From assembly GCA_973895155.1 (NCBI GenBank), contig OZ316891.1, positions 31,565,112-31,629,111 of the forward strand: a stretch of 64,000 nt of DNA, given 5' to 3'. This document shows, one piece after another, positions 1 through 10,356 of the stretch. Within the stretch, counting starts at the first letter, position 1, and every line of letters begins with the position of its first letter. This DNA is from Marsupella aquatica. Its lineage: Eukaryota > Plantae > Marchantiophyta. Under the pieces are notes generated by a model. That model saw nothing but the letters and a program-made list of their open reading frames with translations, ran no database searches and was not told the origin of the DNA. The position numbers and the translations under genes were made by a program.

Positions 1-14
1 CCCTAAGTCAGGAC

Positions 15-1340
15 ATGAAGTCGGGACTTCGACAGATTGTCCCTGATGATGACATTAAAGGCCTAGTGTTGAGCAGTGGCAACACACTCAAAGAACCACT
101 CCAGTACCCAGGTAAATATGGGACTGGACAGCAGGCATTTGCTGTGCAAGTCCTTAAATCAATAAACGGACTGAAACAGAGCGGACGCATCTGGTATCAG
201 ACATTCAAAACTAAGATGCAGACTCTTGGCTTTATAAATGACGACCTCGCCCCTTGCATTTTTATAAAACACCTAGCACCTGAGTTCGTGATATTAGCAC
301 TATATGTTGATGACGTCAATCTGTTCGGCACCCCCAAGCTATTAAAGCAGACTATTAATACAATGAAGGGCATCTTCGAAATGAAAGAACTGGGAGAACC
401 GACGTATTGCCTCGGTCTACAGTTCGACCACCTGCCACAAGGTATGTTTATTAGTCAATCAACTTACACAAAGAAAATTCTTCGACAGTTTAACATGCAG
501 AATGCTTACTCAGTCTCGACTCCCATGGAGATGCGATCCCTGGACACCACTAAAGATATGTTTAGAAGGAGACAAGAAAATGAACCACTTCTTGATGCAG
601 ACAAGCCTTATTTATCTGCAATCGGAGCTCTCCTCTATCTGGCGAACAACACCCGTCCCGACATTTCATTTGCAGTGAGTCTCTTGGCACGACATAGCGC
701 CCAACCTACTATTCGCCACTGGAACGGCATCAAACGACTATTTCGTTATCTTCAAGGCTCCATGGATATGGGCCTGTATTTCGCCAATGATAACCCGGAT
801 GAACTGCAAGGATACGCGGACACTGGATATCTATCCGATCCGCATGACTCGAAATCTCAGACTGGTTATGTCTTCTTGCAAGGCAACACAGCAATATCAT
901 GGCGCAGTACAAAACAAACCTTGACTACCACATCGTCCAATCATTCAGAAGTAATAGCTCTTTACGAAGCAACAAGAGAAGCGCTATGGCTTCGAAACAT
1001 CATAAACCACATCCGCAAGAATACTGGTAAGCCACTACTCACCAAACCGACGATTATCCATGAAGATAACAAAGCTTGCGTGGACCAAATCAATGCAGGA
1101 TATATGAAGACAGACCGCACGAAGCATATCGACCCAAAATTTTTCTTTACCCATGAACAGATAGGGCAGCACATCAATGTGCACTGGAAGAGCTCCCAGG
1201 AGAACTGTGCTGATCTATTCACGAAGCCATTACCCGCCAGCCTCCATCGAAAGCACGTAGCAGCGATCGGCATGACAAGATTGTCGACATTGCGCCCGCC
1301 CGTCGACACACAAACGAGAGAAACTCCACAGTTTGAATGA
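15..1340 (+). CDS. Copia pol C-terminus: reverse transcriptase + RNase H (5'-incomplete)
   Basis: KSINGLKQSGRIW, LYVDD, YLSAIGALLYLANNTRPDI, ISWRSTKQ, HEDNKAC, TKHID, ADLFTKPL. Confidence 0.93.
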   Translation: MKSGLRQIVPDDDIKGLVLSSGNTLKEPLQYPGKYGTGQQAFAVQVLKSINGLKQSGRIWYQTFKTKMQTLGFINDDLAPCIFIKHLAPEFVILALYVDDVNLFGTPKLLKQTINTMKGIFEMKELGEPTYCLGLQFDHLPQGMFISQSTYTKKILRQFNMQNAYSVSTPMEMRSLDTTKDMFRRRQENEPLLDADKPYLSAIGALLYLANNTRPDISFAVSLLARHSAQPTIRHWNGIKRLFRYLQGSMDMGLYFANDNPDELQGYADTGYLSDPHDSKSQTGYVFLQGNTAISWRSTKQTLTTTSSNHSEVIALYEATREALWLRNIINHIRKNTGKPLLTKPTIIHEDNKACVDQINAGYMKTDRTKHIDPKFFFTHEQIGQHINVHWKSSQENCADLFTKPLPASLHRKHVAAIGMTRLSTLRPPVDTQTRETPQFE

Positions 1341-1693
1341 GCAGCTCGAGCCGACAGACGACAGCCGACTCGACGACGATGCAACCTAAAACTTTCATTC
1401 CTGTATACATAGACAGAATACGATTTCTCATACCAATACAAGATAGAATAATTATTATCGTAAACACCCCATTTAAACTAAGGGGAAGTAGTTTTAGTAA
1501 TAGGGGACCCAAATTAAACTTTACATTTGGACAAATTATAAGGTAGACTCACCTTAGTGCAAATTTAAGAAAATCCTACTAATGGTGGCTAGAACCCTTT
1601 TTCCTTATGAAGAAAGCAGAAGGTTTTAATGGGGCAGCACCAAAAATAAACATAGGGTTAGTAGTGTGGTGATTTTATACCCCTAAACTCTCC

Positions 1694-1702
1694 AAGGGGA
1701 AG
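1694..1702 (+). other. Polypurine tract of the copia element
   Basis: AAGGGGAAG immediately 5' of the LTR start TGTTG. Confidence 0.8.
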
Positions 1703-1866
1703 TGTTGTAACCATTTACTCTAGACCATGGTTAACCCCTAACCCTATCCTGAAGGGGTAACATGGGTTAACACCAACCCCAACATGTAACCCTATGGTGA
1801 CTATATAAGTCACACCCATAATGGAACACAACAGCGAGTTGCAAGTCTCTCCATTGTCACACAACA
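1703..1866 (+). repeat. 3' LTR of the copia element (164 bp)
   Basis: Inverted termini TGTTGT...ACAACA, follows PPT, internal CTATATAA at 1801-1808; 5' LTR not in window so no TSD check. Confidence 0.75.
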
Positions 1867-1894
1867 CAAAATTATTAATTGACATAGAAGACAG

Positions 1895-4675
1895 TGAGGG
1901 TTGTGTATTCACTCCCTGCAAAGCAATTTGATAAGGAAATTAGCCTGGTACATCAAGACATACCTGGGAGGGGTTGCTTGTCGGTGCCGGTGCTGCTACT
2001 GGTTTTGGGGGCACCGCTGATACACCCCTTCCCCTTCTACTTCCTCTCTACAATGGAGAATATCATTAAGTGACTTGAATACACCGAGGGTTGTGTATTT
2101 AACCCCTGCAAAGTAATATGAATAGAAAGGAATGTGGCCTTGTACAGGAAGGCAAACCAGGCTGACCTATATCAAATTTCTTTCCCGTGCACGGGCTAGA
2201 ATGAAGAAATTGTAGTGCACGCAGAAGACAATTAGGGTGATGTATTCAAACTTCCAAGTAAGCGCTTTTGAGACTTACAATCTGTGGTGCGAGGGCTGGT
2301 GATGGTGATTCCACTGCTACAACCCCTCCAGGAGCCCTTCCGCTTCGTCTCTAGAATGAAGACATTGCAGTGCACACCAAAGACAATGAGGCAGATGTAT
2401 TCAGACATTGCAAAGCATTGCAAACAAATGTTTTTACCAAAAACACAAAGGCAAACCTGGGAGTGAAAAGACATTGGGGTTGAAGTATTTAGACTAGATT
2501 GCAATTGTATGACTTCCAAGTAAGCACTTCTGAGACTTACAATCCATGGTGCGAGGGCTGGTGCTGGTGATTCCACTGCTACAACCCCTCCACTTGTCCT
2601 TCCGCTCCGTCTCTAGAATGAAGAAATTGCAGTGCACGGCGAAGACAATGAGGCAGCTGTATTCAGACATTGCAAAGCATTGCAAACATATGTTTTTACA
2701 AAAAACACAAAGGCAAACCTGGAAGGGGTTTGTTGACATTGGAGGGGATGGTGCTGCTTTCTGTACTGGGGATGGGGACTCCAGTGGTACACCCCTTCCC
2801 CTTTGTCTTTGTCCCTACAATATATGAAATGAATGCTTAGGGGAGTGAAAAGACATTGGGGTTTAAGTATTCAGACTAGATTGCAATTGAATGACTTCCA
2901 AGTTTGTAATTTAGAGACTTACAATCTGTGGTGCAGGGGCTGCTGGTGGTGGTCGTGCTGCTGCTACTGGTACCAACTCTAATAGTACATGTGGTGCAAT
3001 GGCTGGTGGTGCTGGTGCAAGTGGTGGTAAGGACTCCGAGACTAATATACACGGTATAGGGGCTGGTGCTGTTGCTGCAACTGGCGCTATGAAGTCTGGG
3101 AGTAGAGTCTTAGGTGTAGGGGTTGGTGGTGCTACGAACTCCGAGATAGTCTCCGATACTACTCCTTCCTGCAATGAACAGAAGGAGCATCCAAATACGA
3201 TGAGGCTCATGTATTCACAATTTGCAAAGAAATTTCAAAAGTAATTGAAGCAAAGAAACAAAGACTGACCTGGAGGGGGTAGCCGTCCTCTCCCTCTCCA
3301 TAGGCGTGAAGAATATTTTGGAGGCTTGAAACCAAGTCACACTGTTGTGAAAAGTTGATTCCTTGTTCATAAACATCCTGAATAGGATTGTCAATGGGAT
3401 CCTGAATAGAATGGTCAATAGGATCCTGAATAGGATCATGAACAGGATGCTCAATAAGATGGTCAACATCCTCAACATGAGAAGGATTCTGATGATCACT
3501 GTCTTCATCATCCTGAACATGAGAAGGAACCTGAATAGGATCTTGTACAAGAGGCGGGTCCTCAACTGAAGTATTGAGGACAGGTTCAGATACAACGTTT
3601 GGCTCATCTGGCTGTTTATCAGCATCATTTAGCAATAGACCCCACTTCTCAGGCCCAGGCTCATAGTCACTATCGTCAGAAGTGTCCTCCCACTCTTCAT
3701 TTAGTCCAGCCTGCACATGGTTGGGACAAGATGAGAATGGAATGTACAAACAACAAGCAAAGATTGTAGGAAGTAAAATAAAATGTTCATACCTCTATTC
3801 GTGCAGCTTCAGTGGTCATGCCCCGACCTTTGTATTCCTGTAGCAAATTGTTAGTGGCTGTGGCTATGCTGACAGGCTTTTGCTCTTCTTTCCACTCCTT
3901 GTAATCTTGGTATGCAGCATCGAAGTCCACTTCTTTGGGCCCATGCTTCCACTGCAGAAGCGCTCTTTTTTGAGTCAAGTAATTCAAGGCATCTACAATG
4001 AGAGCCTCTCAAATTGTATCAAACTGCATCAGCTCAGGAGGTTGCACCTCCACATCTGCCCGGGGGAAAATGCATGGCAGGACACTACAATCTAATTGAA
4101 GTGCCTGCAACTTACGATCTCTAGGTAGGAGTACCGGCAAAGCTCGGATTGAAGCAACCCAGCGAGACAGAATAGGAGAAATTGCAGTAGCTGACACAGA
4201 GTCTTGCAACATCTCGTACAAACTGTCATCCAACAAGGATGACCAACCATTAGCCTGCCCTGCACGTATGTGCACTTCCTTGATGACACGAATAAGCAAT
4301 GATTTTGCAGGAACAAGCGGCTCATCTGCAGCAACACCATACTTCTTCTTTAGCATTGTCTTCTTCCGCAACTTAGTCTGTCTCCACCAAAGTCGCACAG
4401 TGGATCGAAGCCGGTTCCAAGAGGCCTGATTGTTGTCCTTCCTCACATTTGGCCCAGGGGCCTTATGTTTCTTGGCAATCCGAGTGGAGAAGTTGGATTT
4501 TGAGAACAACCAAGGTTTGCCCGCCTCCAGTAATGCAGGTGGCAACTCCAACTTGTGTGTGACGTCCATGTGGGTCTGGAAACCAGCAAAGGAAGAAAAT
4601 GATCGAGGCTTGTGATCACCAGCTATGCAGACAAACACATGCTTGCCTTCAGCATCGACACGATGTTTGAAGAAA
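1895..4675 (-). pseudogene. Multi-exon, probably TE-associated gene: zinc-finger-like N-terminus, acidic and Pro-rich exons; 5'-truncated
   Basis: ORFs 4009-4638 and 3787-3987 share a frame across one TGA; FVCxxxxH..F.....H....H motif; GT-AG bounded exons at about 3270-3710 and 2922-3169. Confidence 0.5.
2250..2960. repeat. Tandemly duplicated exon-intron units
   Basis: Near-identical ~210-bp blocks at ~2250-2460 and ~2511-2722; block GAGTGAAAAGACATTGGGG...GACTTCCAAG at ~2461 and ~2842. Confidence 0.8.
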
Positions 4676-6159
4676 CTAGTGGGATTGATTGAAGCATGTG
4701 AGGTGGACCAGAATCGTGCTGCGGGGCAAATTGCTGCTTTTACTGCCTACAGTGAAGGTGTTCACAGAGGCCAGGGGCCGACCATTTTTGAATTAGCATA
4801 TAGGAACGCCGATGCTATGGGATCCATGGATGCTTACGAAAAGGCAGCAAATCTTTTGCTTGAGTCTTTAGCTAAGTATGAATTCTATAGAACAGTTCCA
4901 TTACATGGCGATCTCCGAACAACATCCACGAAGAGGAAAGGGAAAGCTTCAGCTGTAATCCACGAGAATGACTCCCACAGACATGACAAGGTGTCACGCA
5001 CAACAGCTTCTCCTTCAGGACTAAAAAGGCGTAATCTCTATCCTGAATTTCGCTTCGTCAATGTTTCGGAGACTTCTGCGGACCCAGAAGCAGCAAATAA
5101 TAAAACTTCGGCAACACCTGTCGGAGGTTGTTCTGCTGGAGTTATCCATATTTCAGATGATGATGGTGATGATGCAAGTTGTAATGTCAATGATACCGTG
5201 AAGATGGGGACTCAACCTCAGTGTGATGTTGGAGATGACCATCGGGATGCCCCCCAAAGGATCCCTTCCATCCGAGAGGTTGATGTTCCTTATGGGACCT
5301 GGCATCTCAGGCGGAGCGGTAGAGGTGCTGGACCTGTTTGCAACGGGTTGGTTGACCGAAGCGTTTTTGGAAGAGATGAATGTAGAAATCTCATCAAGGA
5401 GATTGGATGTAAGTCCGCGCAAGGGGGAATTGTTGGAGTCGCCATTCACGGGTTGCGATTATCGTCTCCACATCGCCAGTTGTTGTACTTCTGTCCTAAT
5501 AATAAGTGTCACAAGAGCCGAGGACGTAGAACTCTAGCTCAACTACCCCCCCACCCGAGTCGCTCAAGGTTCAGCGTGAGACTTGCCTCTCCAATCCCGA
5601 GATAGAGTTTCTGCTGGGATTAGGATTCCAGATCAGTGGACTCTCCTATGTGGATGCAAATCAAGTTGGAGAGTTCCCGTCCCCCAATCGGGTCAACCTA
5701 CGAATTGATGTTAACTCATTCCCCGAACGAATTGACCTAACTAATGTGGACCGTCGGTTGAAAACCCGAAATGGTAAGGGTGCAAGACAGCGTTTCAGCA
5801 ATACTCCAGAGTTGCTCAAGCGCATCGTTTCCGCTACACAAGAATACATGAGAGTTGTCGGAAATGAGAAGGTAACTACCGGAAATGGATGGGGTTGGAG
5901 ATACTTGATCGCCACTCACGAGACTGATTCACAAGTTCCGCACACATATTGGGTGCAAATCTGTTGTTTCCCTTCGTGTTCTTGTGAAGACTTTTATAAG
6001 AGGCATACACGAGGGAAACCATACATGTCTTGTAAACATCTGCTGTGGGTGTATTTAAACAAGTTTTCACTCAACCTAGAGAAGGACGACCTTGTCAAAC
6101 AACCAATTCTGACTGTTGGGGAAGTGAGGAGTTTAATTCCGTTACAGATAGGGGACTAG
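4675..6159 (+). pseudogene. SWIM zinc-finger protein, C-terminal part (possibly MULE-like transposase remnant), one frameshift
   Basis: YWVQICCFPSCSCEDF...CKHLLWV (CxC..CxH); ORFs 4625-5605 and 5650-6159 join if one C is added to the C7 run at 5546-5552 (reads PPESLKVQRETCLSNPEIEFLLGLGFQ). Confidence 0.65.
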
Positions 6160-6772
6160 TCGTTTATTGGAGATGCTAATTATAGGGTGGTGGGATGGAT
6201 TACTCGAGTTTGTGGTTTCACAAATATCAATTTGTTTTCACCGAGTGAATCATAATGTTAGCGAGGTCCATAATGGTAACTTTTATGGTTTTTGAGTTTT
6301 CTGTTTACGGTTAGCGATCTCTCTAGTCTTAGGAAGTCTGCTGCATCCTGACAAAAACATCCTACTTTCAGACGTGTTAACCTATCGACAAGTTTCTATA
6401 GAGTTCACGGTTTGATCATTAAAATGACGCCAGTTTTTGGCTAGCGAGATCGCTAGTCTGATCAACGGAATTTAGGACAGGATGTGACAGGATGTTTAGG
6501 GTTTAGGGAGGGAAGTTTCTCTTGAAGTTGTTGTGGTAATACTCGATCGAATTGATTATCAAAGATGAACACAGGCGATATCGCTAGTCTGGGAAGGGTC
6601 CAACAGTGACTTCAAAATAAAAGTACTATGTGCGAAATGGCATTCCAGAGAAACACATAGAAATGAAAGGACCACCCAAACTTTACTTCTCATACATATT
6701 GAAAGTACATGAGGACATGCGGTTCGCTTGTAACTACAAAAATTTCAGTAAATCCACAACCTGACTCTACCC

Positions 6773-7201
6773 TCAGGGGCTGGACGCCTTCCATGCATCG
6801 GAGTCAGTGTCTGACTCAGAATCGTAATCCGAAGAGGCGAGGCGTTCCTCGGTCCAGTAGTCATAGATCTCCCTGTCAATCCAATACTGATCCTCTTCTG
6901 CGAGCCTCTTCCTCTTCGATACAACCTCGCGCTGTGTGGTATCCACCTTTGGCTTCGGTGGAGACTTTGCTGCTGGAATTAACTTTGGAGGAGTAGGTGT
7001 TCTCCTCAATGATGATGACGATCCAACAGATTGACCGAGTTCGGTTGAGACACTGCTGCCTGCGGAGACCTTCATAGTCTCTGCATCGGGTTTCTGCTTC
7101 GGAGGAGAGTCATCTTCAAGCGGGCCATCTGTCGCCGGGTTGTAACGACGGATCTCAAGTCGCCATTTCCCCTGAGGAGGATTGCTTGGAACACCAGACA
7201 T
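6773..7201 (-). CDS. Low-complexity ORF/exon of unknown function
   Basis: 142 aa, Pro/Ser-rich with basic KRKR and acidic tail; no recognisable domain. Confidence 0.3.
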   Translation of the reverse strand: MSGVPSNPPQGKWRLEIRRYNPATDGPLEDDSPPKQKPDAETMKVSAGSSVSTELGQSVGSSSSLRRTPTPPKLIPAAKSPPKPKVDTTQREVVSKRKRLAEEDQYWIDREIYDYWTEERLASSDYDSESDTDSDAWKASSP

Positions 7202-8039
7202 TTCTCTGCACTTACGAAACCCAAACAGTGATTAAAGAGAACAGGATTCAACAAATGGAAACATTATTCACGATGGAATACGATGAATATCATGCCTTGT
7301 CGGAGAGTTCTTCCCTTAAAACAGCTCAGAGAATAGACCTGCGCTTACCTGAACTAGATCTGGAGAGTGTTGAGAACTTGGAACACTGATAGCAGTTCCG
7401 AATGAAAGAGATCAAGTCGGACGCGGTGGAAGTGATCGGGAGAATGATTTGGAAGACTGGTGGTTTTTGGGCTAGCGGATTTGTTTAAGTGGACGGTTCG
7501 ACGCCTTGGATTCGAGTCTGGTTCGAACGGTAAGTGTCCCGTTCACTTGCAAGTGACTTAATTAGTGTCCAAACGGCCTTAATCCTCCTTTCCTTGGTAG
7601 TAATGACACGTTGATTCTTTTCACGCGGGAATCGCGAAGTACTTTTTTGTTATTACTCTTCCTCGGGTGGGAATTTTCACATGTGGAAGCCTGTACGTGG
7701 AGACCGTACCTCGTATGAGTGGCTGGCTCAATGTGTTGGCATCATTAGACTAGCGATTTAGCTGGCCTGAAGATATGTCATTTTGATCTATTGCGTTCAC
7801 GGGACTAGAATCGTCCATGGGTAGCGGTCTATATTTATTGATCGAACAGGGTCTCCATGCTAGCGAGTAATATTCCAGACCTTTTTTGGGCCCCAATACA
7901 AGGTGACATCTTGCCCATGCGAGCAAAAATTCTACTGTTTGCTCGCACTTTACAATTACCCGTCGAATCGCAGTTCGGACTTGGAATAGCGCAGTTCGGC
8001 TCACTTAGCTGGGCTCAGTTCAGCTGAAGTCCGAGTGAC

Positions 8040-9480
8040 AGAGGAAGGTTTGTGCGAGAAAATTCGAGTGACAGATCAGGTTAACAGTGCCCTTTCCTCC
8101 TCGCCACCAAGATCTCTACATGAATCCAAGGAGATCTCCGGTGGCTATCCCCAGTCCCGGGCTGTCGCAAGCTAACAATGCTTGTAGAATTCACAATCTT
8201 CTCGAATTACTCGTCGGAGCTCACGATTTAATGGTGCTTAAGTCGCTTCTCGGGAGCTGGTACCGACCTGTGTATAGCTGCATGCTGACCAATCCAGTGA
8301 TCCCTGTGAGGTTCGCGTTTTACACGGCCTCTCACGATGTCCTTTGGGCAGAGAATATCTAGTAAGGCCCTAGCTATACTCGATGTTCTTCTGCGTTTCA
8401 ATTCTAAATTGCTGGCCAACAATATTTCTCAACTCTTAGTACCCAAGGAAGCGGGGCAGAATCTCTTCTTCAACCCGCGATACAATTTCGTCTCCCCGTC
8501 CTGGTTCAAGTGCTGCTCAATCCTCGGATGACGTCTCCTGCTGCCCGCAATTATGTGCAGTTGCCTCTTTTTTTTGCAGACATGTCGAACTTCAAAGGAT
8601 ATCTTCGTTAATGAGCTTCTTTGTTGCCCAATCTGGATCAATTTTGTTCCCACTTGCTTCGACTTGTTGTTCTGAAAGAATTGTCGAGCCTGCCCAATTT
8701 GCTGATACACGGTCTGCATATCACTTGTTCACAATTTCTTCTTTTAAAAGATGTCGTCAATTTTTGTTTGGTATGCAGGAGAATTCGGTTGAAAAAGGGT
8801 TCTTTCTTGGAGGGCGATAAACAAGAGCACTTGCGCCAAACTTTTTCAGAGGGCAATGTGCAGGTATGACGGTGGTTGCGGTGGGATTGGGAAGGAAGAA
8901 ATTCTCACAGTACTTGTTCTCAAAACTTGTAGTTTCGATTCTCAAGTTTGGATGGCAAAGCTGGGATAATTCTTAAAAGGAGTACAGCAATTCTTAGTGG
9001 AGACGATACTGCTACTGCCATGCCTCTAGGGGTTCCTCCAACTGTTACGATGAGCTCAGATTCCTCTGCCCGGGCAAGGTTTCCCCAACAGAGCCTTCGC
9101 CTAGTGAATTTTCTTTCCTGAGTCCAAGGGAAGGAAAGATAGACTTGAAATTTGAGGGCGCTGCAAGATTGCTTTACTTAGACTGATTTGAACGTTTGTC
9201 AAACAGGTAAGAGAATATTTCTCACTAGTATATCATTAAGCTCTATTCCCGGCACGGGAACGGAGCTGACTCGATGGAAATTTTGGGTATGGACCACTTT
9301 AGGCAACGCTCCACAGCCAGGTATGATTAATTTTGTATGCATGACATTTGTTGGATTATCATGTGACCAAACGACGTTGAATACATTCTCAACAACGACG
9401 GATGATTTGCAGAAGTCATCCTTCATCCTCCGGTTTGATTGGTATTGGCATCAGCCATTGTTCTTGTACAAGGCGTTCAG
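8040..9480 (-). pseudogene. Heavily decayed gene, possibly Crypton/DUF3504-type tyrosine recombinase
   Basis: Cross-frame fragments FNVVWSHD, ILQRP..GNLARAEESEL, PFKNY, HCPL, RVSANW..ASG..KKLINEDIL*SST occur in an order reminiscent of DUF3504; many stops and indels. Confidence 0.3.
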
Positions 9481-10356
9481 GTAATGACACTGAAGAGCGA
9501 TTTCAACGTTATGCGTACCTACTTTTAAACAAAAACTCTTGTTCAAGCACCACGGTGTGACATTTTATTGCGTGATATTCCTGTGTGATGAAGACTTGAC
9601 TTAAACTTCAAGTTTGATTCTTTTTTCATCTCCAAGGAAGCACAGGGGGAGGGTGGACGGGGGGGGGGTCTGACTGTCACATCCATGTCATTTGTGTCTC
9701 TCGACGGATTCTATTAGAGCCAATTTAGGGTTTACGGTGGATAATATAAGAGCCAATGCTGGGTAGACTTTTCTGAAGTGTAGGAGAGGGAGGGAGAGCG
9801 CTTTCACAGTCATGTCTATCGCAATGGATTATTGCTGAATTATAGTCTCTTTTCGAAAAGCTGAGACTGTGGTTTGTGTATAGCATAGAAAGGACACTGT
9901 AGGCAACTTACAAATGAACGCCTGGTAAGGTGCCCTAAGAGTCTATTATACACAACCCAAGGATAACATGTGAATGCTGCCTGACGTTTTTTAGTGCCAA
10001 TTCGATAGGCTCTTGACTCTGTCCTTTCTATGGTTACAATGAAATAATGGAGTATGAACGAGCTTATTGATACGTGAGCTACCTAGATATGCTTTTTACA
10101 ATTATTTCAGTATTCTATTCTAAGATCATTGCATTCTTGACAGATAGCTGTTACTCTCAGTGGAAAAGGAGTCTTATAATTTTTGCAAGTTACCTGTACC
10201 AAAGACCACAGCAGAGCAAGGGAGACAAGAAAATACTTCTTTGGACGGAGGTAGGAATGCACCCTAGAACTCGAGCGACGTACCGTCCTGCTATCTATTT
10301 CTGAACATTCATTGTGGAAAGATCATTGGCAAACATAGTCCTCAAGAATAAATTCA

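Larger units (their letters stand above)
1..1866 (+). mobile_element. Ty1/copia LTR retrotransposon, 3' part (Bianca-like lineage), truncated by window start
   Basis: RT-RNaseH ORF, then PPT and a short TG..CA LTR; motifs RSLDTTKDMFR and GYADTGYLSDPHDSKSQTGYVF resemble Bianca-lineage signatures. Confidence 0.88.

Noticed and set aside
6495-6508. TTTAGGG x2 (also AAACCCTAAA near 27157) as interstitial telomere
   Set aside because: Only 1-2 units; telo-box-sized motifs are common in plant DNA
9644-9668. G-rich tract upstream of the PPR gene as a G-quadruplex regulator
   Set aside because: Mostly a homopolymer of uncertain length; no supporting evidence
9753-9845. MLGRLF*SVGEGGRALSQSCLSQW as a PPR targeting-peptide exon
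   Set aside because: Contains stops and cannot be reliably spliced to the main ORF without transcript data
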